Positions 36,103-48,997 of a stretch of DNA of 64,000 nt are shown here, one piece after another. The notes beneath the pieces were generated by a model. The model made no database searches. It saw only the letters and a program-made list of their open reading frames with translations, and was not told the DNA's origin. The DNA lies in contig CM026548.1 of the NCBI GenBank assembly GCA_014905635.1, positions 744,001 through 808,000 of the forward strand. The letters run 5' to 3'. The position numbers and the translations under genes were made by a program. Source of the DNA: Scenedesmus sp. PABB004 (Eukaryota). Every line of letters starts with the position of its first letter. The first letter of the stretch is position 1.

Positions 36103-39100
36103 ATGGCGGCGACAGCAGCGGCGCCGCCGGCGCCGGCGTGGCCCGCCGTGCTGGCCACCGATGCCTTCCGCGACCGGGTGCGCCCGCGGCGGCTAGCGAC
36201 GGCGCGTCACAGTGCCCCGCCGGGCGGCGGGCCGCGGGCGCCGCCCAGCGCCGCCGCGGCGGCCCGGACACGCAGATCAGCGCCGCGCGCGTGCTCGCCG
36301 TGGGCGCGGGCGGCATCGGCTGCGAGCTGCTCAAGACGCTGGTGCTCACGGGATTCAGGCGCATCGACGTGGTGCGCGCGGCGGCCGCGGGCGCCGCGGC
36401 GCGGCGGGGCGCGGCCCGCGCAGCACAGCACGCGCAGCGCCGCCAGGCCGCAGCCCGGCCCGCCCACGGGCCCGCCGCCGCGCCGCGCCGCCAGATCGAC
36501 CTGGACACGATCGAGACGAGCAACCTCAACCGGCAGTTCCTCTTCCGCCGCGCGCACGTCGGGCAGAGCAAGGCGGCGGTCGCGGCCGACGTCGTGCGCG
36601 GCTTTGCGCCGCAGGCGACCATCACAGCGTACCAGGCGCGCCGCCGCCGGCCACCCCTCTGCGCGCCGCGCGCGCTGGGGCGCGCCGTGGCTGCCGCTCG
36701 GCGGCAGCAGCGGCCGCCGGCGGCGACGGGCCCCCTGCCGCGACGCGGCCGCGCCCGCGACGCTGCCGCCCCTCCTGCCGCCGCCCCTGCCGCCTGGCCC
36801 AGGCCAACATCAAGGAGCCGCGCTTCGGCGTTGACTTTTTCTCTGGCTTTGACATCGTGCTCAATGGCCTGGACAACATGGACGCGCGGCGCCACGTCAA
36901 CCGGCTCTGCGTCGCCGCGGGCGTGCCGCTGGTCGAGAGCGGCACCGCGGGCTACGTGGGGCAGGCGCGGCCCGCGCGCGGCGCGCGCGCGGCGCGCGCG
37001 CGGCGCGCGCGGCGCGCCACCCGCCCGGCGGCCGCCCCCCGGCCGGCCGCGTGCAGCAGCCTCGGCCGCCCAGCAGCGCCCGCAGCACACGCGCGGCCGC
37101 CTCCGCCCGTGCCGCCCGCCGCGCGCAGGTGTCGGTGCACGTCAAGGGGTCGACCGAGTGCTACGAGTGCACGCCGCGCGGCAGCGGGCGCGCCAAGAGC
37201 TACCCGATCTGCACGCTGCGCAACACGCCCGACAAGCCCATCCACTGCGTCGTCTGGGCCAAGGAGCTGCTCTTCCCGCGCCTCTTTGGCAAGGTCGACG
37301 TCTCGGGTGCGCCCCCGCGCGCGCGGGCCGGGTCCGTGCGCCCGGGCGCGTGCCGCCGCACGCGCCGCCGACGGCGCCGCCGCCGCCGTGCCCGCCGCGC
37401 AGACCTGGACGAGGGCGCCGCCGCGGCGCCCACCGCGACGGCCGCGCTGGAGCCGGCCGCCAACGGCGCCGCCGCCAACGGCGCCGCCGCCAACGGCGGC
37501 GGCGCGGCCAACGGCGGCGACGCGGACGCAGACGCCGCCAAGGCCGCAGCGGCGGCCGAGGCCGCGGCGGCGGCGGCGGCTGAGGCGGCCGAGGCGGCGA
37601 GCTTCTTCCAGCTGGGCGAGGGCGAGGAGCCGCTCGCGTACGCGGTGCGCGTGTTTGAGCGCCTGTACTGCACTGACATCCAGAAGGTGCTCACAATGGA
37701 GGTGCGCGGAGCGTGCGGCGTGGGGCTGCGGGCCGGCCGGCGACAGCGGGCAGGGCGCACGCGGCGGTGTGCCGTGGCCGCGCGGGCGGGCGGGTGCAGG
37801 TGCGGCCGCGCGCGCGGCCGATGCCGCGCCGCCGCCGCCGCCGCCGCCGCGGCCGCGGCGCGCGCAGGAGCTGTGGAAGGCGCGCGCGCCGCCGACGCCG
37901 CTGGCGCTCGCGTCGCTGCTGCCCGACCCGGGCGCCGCCGTCGCGCCCGCCGCCGGGCCGGCGCCGCCCGGCGCGGGCGTGCACCGCGCGCTGGGGCTGC
38001 GCGACCAGGGCGTGTGGGCGCCGCGCGACGCGGCGGCGGTCTTCCTCGCGTCGATCGTCGCGTTCCTCACGCGCCGCCGCGCCGAGCTCGGCGCGGCCGC
38101 GTTTGACAAGGACGACGCCCTCGCCGTCGACTTTGTGACGGCCGCGTCCAACCTGCGCGCCGCGTGCTACGGCATCCCGCAGCAGAGCGCGTTTGAGGCC
38201 AAGGGCATGGCGGGCAACATCATCCACGCGATCGCGACCACCAACGCCGTCGTGAGTGGGCTGATTGTTGTCGAGGCCCTCAAGCTGCTCGCGGGTGCGG
38301 CGGCACCGGCCGGCGGCCCGCAGCCAGCGGCGTGCGGCGCGGCCGCGCGCGGCGCGCGGCGCGCGGCGCGCGGCGGCGGGGCCCCGCACGGCGCGCGGCG
38401 GGCGCGAGCGCCGCCCCGCCCCGCCCGGGCCCGCGCGCAGGGTGCGGCGAGCAGTGCTCGACGTCGTTCCTGCGCACCGAGGCGGGCTGGGTGGGCAGCA
38501 AGCGCACCGGGCGCATGCGCGGCCTCATCTACGGCGAGCGCCCGTCCGGCCCGCGCGCCGAGTGCATGGTCTGCGGCAAGGCGCAGCTGCGCCTGGCGGT
38601 CAACACGCGGACGATGACGCTCGGAGGCCTCGTCGACAAGGTGGGTGCAGCGGCGCCGCCTGGCTGCCGCGCCGCGGCAGGCCGGGCCGCGGCCGAGCGC
38701 TGCCGGCGCGCCCGCGCCCGGGCCGGCAGGTGCTGAAGCAGCGGCTCGCGATCAACGTGCCCAACCTGCAGACCGAGGCGGGCTTCTGGTGCGGCCACAG
38801 CGCCGCGCGCGCGGGCGCGCGCGCAGGCGCCGCGCGCCCGTGCCGCCGCCGGCGCGGCGCCAACCCCGCGCTGCCACGCTGCCGCCGCGCGTCGCGCCGC
38901 AGGTACGAGGAGGGCGACGACCTCGAGCCAGACGAGGCCGCCGACAGCGCGGCGCACCTGCCCAAGGCGCTCGCGGCGCTGCCGGGCGGCGGGCTCGTGG
39001 GCGGCACCATCCTGAGCGTCACGGACCAGAGCCAGGCGGTGAGCCTGGAGATCATCATCACCCACCAGGTGCGCCGCCACTCCTGGGCGGGCGCGCCGTG

Positions 39101-39585
39101 AGCAGGCGCCCCGGGCGGCGCTGCCAGGAGCAGGCGCGCGCGGCGCCGCCTGTTGCGCGCGCCCGCCGCACGTGCCCGTGCGCGCGCGCGCGCCCGACCG
39201 CGCGCGCACACATCACTCGCAGGAGGCGTTTGACCCGGAGACCTGCCCCGAGGGCTTCACCCTCGACGGCTCGGCCCCGGCGGCCAAGCCAGAGCCCGAG
39301 CCCGAGCCGGAGGCGGCCGACGCGGGCGGCGGGAAGAAGCGCGGGCGCGAGGAGGAGGCGCAGCAGCAGGCGGCGCCGGAGCAGGCGGCGCCGGAGCAGG
39401 CGGCGCCGGAGCAGCCGGCGGCGGGCGGCGAGCCGGCGCAGCAGCAGGCGGCCAAGCGGCGGAAGCACGCGGACGGCGCGGCGGACGGCGCGGACGGCGG
39501 CGGCGGGACCTCGGACTCGCCGCTGGACCTGGTCAGCAGCGGCGACGGCGACGACGGCGGCGGCGTGGTGGTGATTGACGACTGA
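36103..39585 (+). CDS. SAE2: SUMO-activating enzyme subunit 2
   Basis: [78 protein letters not shown] (catalytic Cys), [33 protein letters not shown], and C-terminal SIM-like VVVIDD*. Confidence 0.95.
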
Positions 39586-39933
39586 CGCGGCGCCAGAGCG
39601 GCGGCCGGGCTGGCGTCGCGAGTTGTGCAACTTGGTCTGTTGCACGTGGGCGCTCTCACACCGCGCGCTCGCAACGGCACGCACGCAGGCAGGCAGGCAC
39701 GGCCACGCCCGCAGTCCCTCGACCCGCGAGTGCCCGCCGCTCCCGCCCGCGCCGTTCCAGGTGTTCAGCCGGGCACGCGCCGGCAGCCGCCATCAAAACG
39801 CGCTCGCGGCCGCCGCCAACCGGCGGGCCCGGCCGCCTCTCTCTCCCCGCGCCGCGCGCGCCGCACACGCGCGCGCGCCCAGCAACCAGAGCACGCCAGC
39901 CCCTGCTCCGCTCCTCTCGCCGCGCCGCGCCGC

Positions 39934-40380
39934 TCAGGCCGAGCTCTCCGGCTTGTCGCCCGCGAAGAGCAGCTCCTGCAGGACCAGGCCGAGCACGGTC
40001 GACGCGGCGCTGACGTTGATCGCCTCCTCCACTGGCTGGCCGTGGACCGCCACACAGTACCCCGCGACCGCCAGGCTGCCAACGGCGATCGGAAGCGGGT
40101 CGTGGTGCAGCCAGAAGCACGCCGCGCCCGCGCGCGCCGCCGCGAACGCCGCGCCCGCGCGGCTGGTGGGGCCGCCGCCGCCGGGGCCGCCCGCGGACGC
40201 GGCGACGGCCGCCGCGCCGCGCCGCGGCCTGCGGCGCGGCGCGAGCGCGGGCGCGCACAGACGGCGCGGCGGCAGCAGCGCGCCGCGCCGCGCGGGCGCG
40301 GGCGGCAGGGCGACCTCGGGCAGCGCGAGGCTGCTGGAGCGGCTGAGCGAGAGGCTGCCCGCGGGCGTGAGCGAGGGCAT
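39934..40380 (-). CDS. small intronless hypothetical protein with transit-like N-terminus and two hydrophobic segments (148 aa)
   Basis: MPSLTPAGSLSLSRSSSLAL.. (Ser/Arg/Ala-rich), then FWLHHDPLPIAVGSLAVAGYCVAVHGQPVEEAINVSAASTVLGLVLQELLF. Divergent from the Rieske gene. No homolog recognised. Confidence 0.5.
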   Translation of the reverse strand: MPSLTPAGSLSLSRSSSLALPEVALPPAPARRGALLPPRRLCAPALAPRRRPRRGAAAVAASAGGPGGGGPTSRAGAAFAAARAGAACFWLHHDPLPIAVGSLAVAGYCVAVHGQPVEEAINVSAASTVLGLVLQELLFAGDKPESSA

Positions 40381-40568
40381 GGCGTCGGCGGGGCGGCACG
40401 CGCGGAGCGGTGGCGGGGGCGGTGGGGGCGACGGGGAGGGCGAGGCGTGGCGCGGGCGGGGCGGGGGCGGGGCGGGAGGGGCGGTCGCGCTATCAATGCG
40501 CCGCGGCGCGGCGATGACGCGTCGTCGTCGCGACGCGTCGTCGCGGCCGTTGCTGGCCAGCCGCGCGC

Positions 40569-40575
40569 CTATAAG
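40569..40575 (+). promoter_or_regulatory. TATA-like box upstream of the Rieske oxygenase gene
   Basis: CTATAAG about 190 nt upstream of ATG 40762, followed by a pyrimidine-rich tract. Confidence 0.4.
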
Positions 40576-40761
40576 CCCGCACGCCACTCCCAGCCCCACA
40601 GCTTTGCCCCCCACGCCCGCAGGACCCGCTCTCCTCGCTCCCCACGCGCTCGCTCGCACGCGCGCTCGCGTCGCGCTGCGCCGCTGCACGTGCAGCGGCG
40701 CGGGCGTGCACGCCCGCGCCCTCGCAGCGCCGACCGCGCCCGCCCCGAGGCCACCGACGCG

Positions 40762-43700
40762 ATGCTCGCGCTGTCCTCCCGCGCCGCGGCGGCGCCGTGC
40801 CGGCGCCTGCGCCCGGCGGCGACGCCGCCGCGCGCCGCGGCCGCCACGCGCCGCGCCGCGCGCCTCGCGCCGCCCCGCGCCGCGCCCGAGCGCGTGGAGG
40901 CGGCGCAGGCGGTCGAGGCCAGCCCCTTCCTCGACCCCCTCGCCCGCTCGCTCATCCTGGGCGTCGGCGCGGGCGTGTTCACCGAGCTGGGGCACGTTCT
41001 CTTCAAGGCGCGCGCACGCGCGCGAGCGGGGCAGGCAGAGCGCGCCGCTTGCAGGCTGAGCGAGCGCCGATCCCCTGCGCCGCGCCACGCCGCCGCCGCG
41101 CCGCGCCGCCGCCGCGCCGCGCGCAGGCGCTGTCGCTCGCCGCGTCGGGCGCGCTGCCGAGTCCGTTCTCCAGCGGCGCCGCGCAGCAGTTCAGCCCCGC
41201 CTTCTTCGCCGACCACGCGGTCGCCATGTGAGCCCGCGCCGCGCCGCGCCGCGCGCTGTGCGCCGCCGCGCTGTGCGCGCCGCCCCTGCCAATGCGCGCT
41301 GCGCTGCGCTGCGCTGTGCCGCGGCGCCCCTGCCAATGCGCGCCGCGCCCGCTGCCCGCCGCGGCGCCGCCAGCGGCGCGTGGGTCCTGCTGTACGCCGT
41401 CGAGGCGGCCGCGATCATGGGCGTGATACGCGCCAACCCCGACCGCGCGCCCGAGGCGGCCGCCGCGGGCGTGCGCGGCGCGGGCCTGCTGCCGCGCCGC
41501 CTCTTCCCCGCCAGCCTCTCGCCCGTGCGCGACGCCGTCGCGCACACGCTCGCCGCGTCGGCGGCCGCGACGTCGGCGGCCGCGCCGCCCGCGCACGGCG
41601 TCGAGGCCGCCGCGGCGGCGGTGCTGCGCGCGGGCAGCGTGTCCGAGGCGGCGGCCGCCGCGCCCGCGGCGCTCACGGCGGCGCCGCCGGGGCTGAGCCG
41701 GGAGCTCGAGCGCGCGCTGGACGACATTGAGGCCGCCGCGGCGGGGCGCTCCACCGACGGCGGCAACGGCGGCGACGGCGACGCCGACCCGGGCGCGCCC
41801 CGCGCCGGCGCCGCGACCGCGCCGCGCCCCGCGCCGCCCGCCGAGGCGCCGCGCGCCGCGCCGGCGGGGCTCGGCGTCGCGGGGCTGCTGCGTGAGCGCG
41901 AGCGCGACACTGCGGCGGGGCGGCGCGCGCGCGAGCTGGCGGAGCGCAAGGCCTACCTGAAGAACTTCTGGTACGCCGCAGGTGAGGCGCTTGCAGGGCG
42001 CGCAGCGGCCTGCGCTGCTTGCAGGACGCGCCGCGCGCGCACGCGCGCTGCGTGGGCTTGCAGGACGCCGCGCGCGCGCCGAGCCTCGCCGCACCGCCCG
42101 CGCACTGCGCGCACCGCGCCGCGCAGCGCTGTCGTCCAACGTGACGTCCGACAAGCCGCTCGGCGTCGACATCCTGGGCAGCCGCATCTCGCTCTTCCGG
42201 GACGAGGCCGGCCAGGTCGTCGCGCTCGACGACGCGTGCCCCCACCGCGGCGCGCCGCTCTCGGCGGGCTGGGTCACGACCGACAAGGCGACCGGCAAGA
42301 AGTGCGCCACGCCCGCACGCCGCGCGCCGCCCGCGCGCGCGCGCGCGCGCGCGCGCGTCGCCTGCCGCGCTGGCGCGGCGGGCGACGCGGCGCCACGGCG
42401 CCCGCCCCGCTCACCCCTGCGCTGCCGCCGCCGCACCGCCGCCAGGTGCGTCTCCTGCCCCTACCACGTGAGCCGCGCGCCGCGCCGCCGCCGCTGCCCC
42501 CCCCCCCCCCCCCCGTGCCGCCACCGCCTTGACGACCGCCGCCGCCGCGCGCCAGGGCTGGGCCTTTGACGCGACCGGCCGCCTGCGCGACGTGCCCAGC
42601 GCGGACCGCGGCTCGTGGCCGCGGCGCCCGCTGCTCGGCTCGTACGCGGTGCAGGAGCGCGGCGGCTTCGTCTGGCTCTTCTACGGCCCGCCCTCGCTGC
42701 CCGCGGAGGAGCGGCCGCCCATCCCCTTCACGCCCGAGCTCGAGGACCCCGCCTGGCGCGCGGGTGCGGGCGCCGCGCCCGCACAGCACGCCGCGCCCGC
42801 GCCCTGCGCGCCCCCGCACCTCGCATGCGCCGCGCCCGCACCTCGCTCGCGCCGCCCTGCGTGCCTCACCCGCCCGCGCTGCCGTGCCGCGCGCGCACCT
42901 CGCTCGCGCCGCGCCGCGCCGCCGCGCAGTGTACGGCGAGATCGAGTTTGAGGCGGGGCACTGGGGCGTGTTCGAGAACGCCATCGACATGGCCCACATC
43001 CACTACCTGCACGGCGACTCGTTCGGCAACGCCGACAAGCCCCAGGTCATGGGCATGGCCACGACGCGCGACACCTTCGAGACGGCCTGCACGTTCAGGT
43101 CGGCCGCGCCCGCCGCGCCCTCCTTGCCGCGCCCGCGCGCCCGCGCCCGCGCCTGCTATTGCTCTGCGCCTGAGCCAGGGCCAACGCCGCCGGCCGCCGC
43201 GGCGCGCTGCCGCCGCGGCGCGCAGGATCCACAACAAGCCGGTCAACCGGCTGTGGGAATGGACGAGCGTGCCGAGCGTGCCCGTCGTCGCGCGCGCGAT
43301 GCTGCCGTCCACCTCCAGCGTCGCAATCGAGCTCGCGCACGGCGTGCGCATGATCACCTTTGGTGCGCCCCCGACGCGCGGCGCGGCCGCCGCCCCGGGG
43401 CGGCGCGCGGGCCCGCGCGCGTGCCGCCAGCCTCACGCTCCCCGCCTCGCCGCCGCCGCGCAGTCAACACCGTGCCCATCAGCGAGAACCGCGCCATCAA
43501 CCGGTGAGCGCGCCGCGCGCCGCGCGGCACTCGCGCCGCGCCGCGCCGCTGCTGTGCGCGCCGCGCCGCCCTCGAGGCGGGCTCCCGGCCCTGAGCCCCG
43601 CCGCCGCACCCTAAACCCTGGTCGCCCGCCCTGGTCCGCCCCCTAAACCTCGCAGGTTCTGCCTCATCCGCAACTTTGCGACGTCGCCCGCGTTTGACTT

Positions 43701-44061
43701 CCTCGCGCGCGACAACATGTTCAAGATCCTCGGCGAGGACAAGGTGGGCTGCGTGTTGTTCGGTTGGTGTGTTGTTGTGCTTTGTGCAGCCTGGTGTTGG
43801 TCAAGTTCACCGCGCGCGCGCGGCCGGCGCAGGCCGGCGCCGGGCGCAGCCCACACGGTCTGCCGCCGCCCGCCGTCGCGCCGCCGCCAGGTCATGGTCG
43901 ACCGACTCGCGCCGGAGCGCGTCGCGCAGGAGTTTTCGCTCGCGCCGGACGTGCCGCAGATCGCGTTCCGCGCGCTGCGCCAGGAGTGGGTGGACATGGG
44001 CTACGCGGTGCCGCCGGCCGCCGCCGCGGCGGCGCGCAGCATCGCGAGCGCTGTGGAGTGA
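40762..44061 (+). CDS. Rieske [2Fe-2S]/mononuclear-iron oxygenase of the CAO/PAO/TIC55 superfamily, probably plastid-targeted
   Basis: YLKNFWYAA, LFRDEAGQVVALDDACPHRGAPLS..CVSCPYHGWAFD (Rieske), YAVQERGGFVW, ENAIDMAHIHYLH (Fe site), ILGEDKVMV. The Fe motif differs from canonical CAO (NLLDLAHAPFTH), so no symbol given. Confidence 0.9.
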
Positions 44062-45321
44062 GCGGGTGCGCAAGCGGGGGGGGGGGGGGGCTGATCGCTT
44101 GCCTGCCTGCCCGCCTGCGTGCCCGCGCGTGTTGTGTGTGCCGCCGCGCGGCGGCAACGCCCGAACCAACCAGCGTGCCGCGCCGCGCGAGCGGCCCGGC
44201 GCGCGCCGCCGGCGACGGCGGCGCGCCGAACTTGCGCCGCGCAGCTGCGAGAGCTGCCGCGGCTCTGTACCACCACCGCGTGCGAGAGAGAGAGGAGTGC
44301 GAGTGAGCGTGGGCGTTGCTGCTGCCGGCGGTGGTGACGTGCGGCGCCGTGATCGCGGTGCGCGTTGGCTCGCAAACAATAAGCGTGGCGTGCCTGCCGC
44401 CGCTGCTGCTCTCTTGCCCTCGCTCCTTCCTGGTCCCCTTGTTGCTTGCGTGCGGCGCGATACCTCGTTTGTTGATTGGTCGCCGGGCGTGCGGGCGAGG
44501 CGGGCCGCGGGGCGCCTGCCCGGCGGGAGAGTCCAAGCACGCACGTCACTGGGGCGGGCGCGACAGCACCGCGCTGGCGCATGGGGGGGGGGGCGGGGCC
44601 TGCAAAACCTTGGCGCAGGCAGCCCGGGCGGCGAGCTGGGTGTCCTGCGGGCTGTCGGCGGAGGCAGCTGCGCTCTTGCTCTTTGCGGCGTGCACAACAC
44701 CATCGCCCGCGCGCGCCAGGGGAGGGTGGGGTGCGACGGCATGGCGTGGTGTGAGGGGCGGTGGTCGGTGCGTGGCATGCGATGGACTGCCTGCGAGCAG
44801 CGTGAAGCAGGCCACCCCGGCGGCGCGCCTCGCGGCCTGCCCACCTGTCCGCGCTGCTGCCTGCTTTGCCTTGGGCGTTGGAGTTACAGTTGCACAGGCC
44901 TGGCGCTGGGCAACGCTCCGCGCACGCTGCTGCGATCCGCCGCCGGCAGGGCTCAGGCGCAAAGCCGCGCGCGCAAACGGTCAGTGACAGCTGCGACCCC
45001 GCGACGCTCGCGCAGCCCCTCCGCACTCGCGGGTAGCGCCGCGTTCCGGTGGTCGGTCGCGGACAGCTGGGCGCGCGCCGCGGCGCAGCGCCCGCCACCG
45101 CCGCCGACCGGCCACTCCTGGCGCCGCCGACCGGCCACTCCTGGCGCCGCCACAGCCGGAAGCCCGGCAGGACGCTTCACGTGCTCGTCCGCATGCGCTG
45201 AGCGGGCGGCGCCGCGCTGCCGGGCTTCCCAGCCGCGGCGACGGCAGCAGCAGCAGCACGAGCCGCGCAGCAGCCGGCCGCGCCCTCTCCCGGCGCCGCT
45301 GCGTGGCCGGCAGCCAACGCC

Positions 45322-48300
45322 ATGTCGCAGGAGGAGGAGGAGAGGCCGCCCCGGCCGCCCCGGCCGCCGCCTGCGACGGCGCAGCAGCTGCGCGCGGCGC
45401 TCGCTGTTTGGGGGCACGCCGGCTTCCGCGCCCACCAGGAGGATGCGATCAGGGCCACGCTGGAGGGGCGTGACAGCCTGCTGATCCTGCCGACGGGTGC
45501 GCCGCGCGCCGTGCATAGCACCGTGCGCAGCGCGCTGCCGTTGAGCACCAGCCCCCGCCGCGGCCGCGCCGCAGGGGGTGGCAAGTCGATGACCTTTCAG
45601 CTGCCGCCGCTCGCGCGGGGCGACTGCTTCACCGTTGTGGTCGGGCCGCTCATGGCCCTCGCGCAGGACCAGGCGCGCCGCGCCACGCCCGCGCGGCCTG
45701 ACGAGCGCCGCCGCCCGCGCGGCCGGGCGAGTGCCGCCACGTCCACGCTGCCGCCGCCGCGCCGCGCCGGCAGGTGGAGGCCTGCCTGGAGCTCGGCATC
45801 GACGCGCGGCTGTGGAACAGCTCCACCTCGGACGACGCGCGCCGCGCCGTGCTGTCGGACCTCGCGAGCGACGCGCCCGAGCTGCGCCTGCTCTACACCA
45901 CGCCCGAGTCGCTGAAGAACCCCACGCTGCGGAGCTACCTCAAGGCGCGCCGCGCCGCGCCGGCGGCGGCGGCGGCGGCGGCGGCGCGCCGGCGGCGGCG
46001 GCGCGCTGGGGGGCGCGCTGCGGCGGCGCGCTGCGGGGCGGCCGCAGCCGCGGCCGCGCGGCGGCGCGCCGCCGACCGACGTCGACGCCGTGGCGGCGCG
46101 CCGCCGACCGACGCCGACGCTGCTGCCGCGCGCGCAGGAGGCGTACGCGGCCGGCACGCTGCTGAGGTGCGCCGCCGCCCGGGCGCACCGGCCGCCGCGC
46201 GGCGCCGCGCGGCGCCCTGAAAACGGCGGGCCCACGCCCCGCGCCCACCACCGCTCCTGCGGCCGCAGCTTTGCCATCGACGAGGCGCACTGCGTGGCCG
46301 AGTGGGGCCACGACTTTCGACCGTCGTACCTCGTGCGCGCCGCGCCCCGCCCGTGCGCCGCGCGCCGCGCTGCGCCCCGCTGGCTCCCCGACCGCGCGCG
46401 CGCGCCCCGCGCTCGCAGGAGCTCTGCACGCTCAAGACCGACTTCCCAGACACGCCCATCGCCGCCGTGACCGTGCGCGGCGTGGCGGGCCCGGCCGAGC
46501 GCCGCTCCTGCAAGCGCGCACGCGCGCGCGCATCGCCGCGCCGCCGCTCACGGCGCGCGCCCCGCGCGCCCCGCGCGCGCCGCGCGCCCGCGCCCGCAGG
46601 CGAGCTGCACCGCGGCGGTGGAGGCGAGCGTGATGCAGCAGCTGCGCATGCGCGACCCGCTGCTCATCAAGGGCGGCTTCAACAGGCGCGCACCGCAGCC
46701 GCGGCACGCGGCCCGCACCCGCCGTCACCGCTGCACCCGCGCCTCGCGCCACGCCCACGCCGCCGCCGCCCGGCAGGCCCAACATCGAGTACAAGGCGCG
46801 CGCGCCGATGACCCGCGCGCTGCGCGCTGCGCCGCGCCACGGGCCGCGCGCCAGCCGGCGGGCCGGCGGGCGCGTTGGCCGCCCGTCTCGGCGGCGCTGC
46901 GCGGCTCGCTGGCGCTGCGCGGCTCGGCGGCGCCGTGCAGCCCGGCGGCGCCGCGCGGCCCCCAATGTCGTCGCTGCCCGGCTCACGCCCCCGGCGCAGG
47001 TCGCGTTCAAAGAGCTCATCAGCGAGGGGACGCAGGACGCAGCGGTGGAGGTGCGGCGCCTCGTAGCCCCAGCCGAGCCGCGCCGCGGGGCCCGGCGCCC
47101 CAGCCGAGCCGCGGACCGCCCGCGCCGCACGCCGCACTGCGTGCCGTGCCGCACGCCGTTCCGCGCCGCGCCGCAGCACCTCGCGGACTTCATTCGGGCG
47201 CGGCCGGGGCAATGTGGCATCGTGTACGCCCGCCTGCGCGCGACCTGCGACTGGCTGAGCAGCACGCTCAGCGCCGCCGACCTCGACGTGGGCACGTACC
47301 ACGCCGGCAAGGACGCCGCGCGGCGGCGCAAGGTGCGTGCTGCCGGTGCCGCCGCGGGCGCACGGGGCCGTGCGCGCCGGCGGCCGACGGCGGCCCATCC
47401 GGCGCCCGCGCCCGCGCCGACCCGCGCGGGCCGCCCGCATGCGCGCAGGTGCAGAGCGACTGGGCGAGTGGCGCGCTGGACGTGGTGTGCGCGACCATCG
47501 CGTTCGGCCTGGGCATTGACAAGGCCACCGTGCGGTGGGCGCGCGGAGCGTGGGGCGCCGGCACGCGCGGGGCGCCGGCGCGCGGGGTGTGCCGGCGCGC
47601 GCGGGGTGCAGGGCGCCGCCCGCGCCGCGCCCGCTGACCGCCGCCCGGCGCGCAGGTGGGTGGTGCACTGGGACGCGCCCAGCAGCCTGGAGGGGTTTTA
47701 CCAGGAGTCGGGCCGCGCAGGCCGCGACGGCCTGCCGTCCGAGTCGGTGCGCGCGGGGCGCCGGCGGCGCAGCCGGGGGCCGCGCCGTGCGGCCGGGGGC
47801 GGGGCGGCCCGCCTCGACCTGGGCGGGTCGAAGCGGAACCCGCCCCCAAGGGCTCCTGAGGGGCTGAACCCCGCGCCCCGCGCCCCGCGCCCCGCGCCCC
47901 GCGCAGCTCATGCTGGTGAGCGCGGACGACCTCGACACCCTCGCCAAGCTCTCGCGCCGCAGCGGCGCGGCGGCGGCGGTCGCGGGCTTTGCGTGCCTGC
48001 CGGGCTGCAAGCGCCGCCGCCTGCTGGACTTCTTCGGCCAGAAGCGGTGCGGCCCCGGGCGGGGCTCTCGCGGCGCGCGACGCCCGACGGGCGCGGCCGG
48101 GGGGAGCGCTGCGAAGCACGCGCGCTTGCGCGGCGACGGGCTGACGGCACGCGCCGCGGGCGCTGCGCTGGCGGCGCAGGGGCGCCTGCGACGCCGCGCA
48201 GGAGCAGCTGTGCGACTACTGCGCCGCCCCGGCGGCAACGCGGCGGCTGCAGAGCACGTGGGAGGAGCAGCTCAGCCGCAAGTCGGTCGCGCACACGCTG

Positions 48301-48915
48301 CGCGAGAACCAGCAGCGGGAGGCGCGGGGCGTCGAGCAGGAGCAGGAGCAGGAGCAGGAGTGCGGCGCGGGCGCGGGCGCGGCGCAGCAGGAGGAGCAGC
48401 AGCAGGAGCGGCAGCCGGGGCGTGTGCGGGCGGGGGCGTGGTACCCGGCAGCGGCGGCCGCAGCGGCACAGCCCGCGGCCCGCGGCGGCGTCGTGCCAGC
48501 GCGGCAGCCGCTGGGCGGCGCGCGGCCCGGGGGCGTGCTGCAGCCGCAGGCCGCGGCCGGCGCGGCCGGCCCGGGCGAGGAGGGCGGCGCAGCGGCGGCG
48601 GGCAGGGGCACGCCCACGGCGGCCGCGGGCGTGAGGCTGCCAGCCGCGGGGCCGGCGCTGGTGCCGCAGCTGGCGCGCAAGCGCCCGGCCCGGCTCGTGG
48701 GCGGCGGCTTCAAGGCGCCGCGCCTGATGGCGCCAGCCGCGGGCGGCCCGCAGGCGCCGGCTGGCCACCCAGGCGGCGGGGAGGGCCAGGAGCAGGTGGC
48801 GCCGCCGCCCGCCGCGACGGCGACCGCTGCCGGCAGCGCGCAGGGCGCGGCGGCTCGGCGGCTCGGCAGAGGCGGGCCCGCGCGCGCGTTTGTGCCGCCG
48901 CTGCGGCGCGGCTGA
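45322..48915 (+). CDS. RecQ-family DNA helicase (helicase core + Zn-binding RQC part, disordered tail)
   Basis: WGHAGFRAHQ, LPTGGGKS.TFQLP, PLMALAQDQV, LLYTTPE, FAIDEAHCVAEWGHDFRPSY, CGIVY, YHAG, ATIAFGLGIDK, FYQESGRAGRDG, CKRRRLLDFFG..CD..CDYC. Confidence 0.93.
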
Positions 48916-48992
48916 TGAAACACCATCGCGAGGCTGAAGCGCGGGGCGGGGCGGCTGCCGGTGCAACGGCCACGCGGCGGCACGGCGGCAGG

Positions 48993-48997
48993 TTACA
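48993..48997 (-). terminator. poly(A) signal TGTAA for the allantoate amidohydrolase gene
   Basis: TTACA on + (TGTAA on -), about 70 nt past the stop at 49064. Confidence 0.5.

Noticed and set aside
44062..45321. Hidden gene between the Rieske oxygenase and RecQ
   Set aside because: No protein-like ORF or consistent splice pattern; only a ~22-nt tandem duplication near 45101-45150 and an isolated minus-strand TGTAA.
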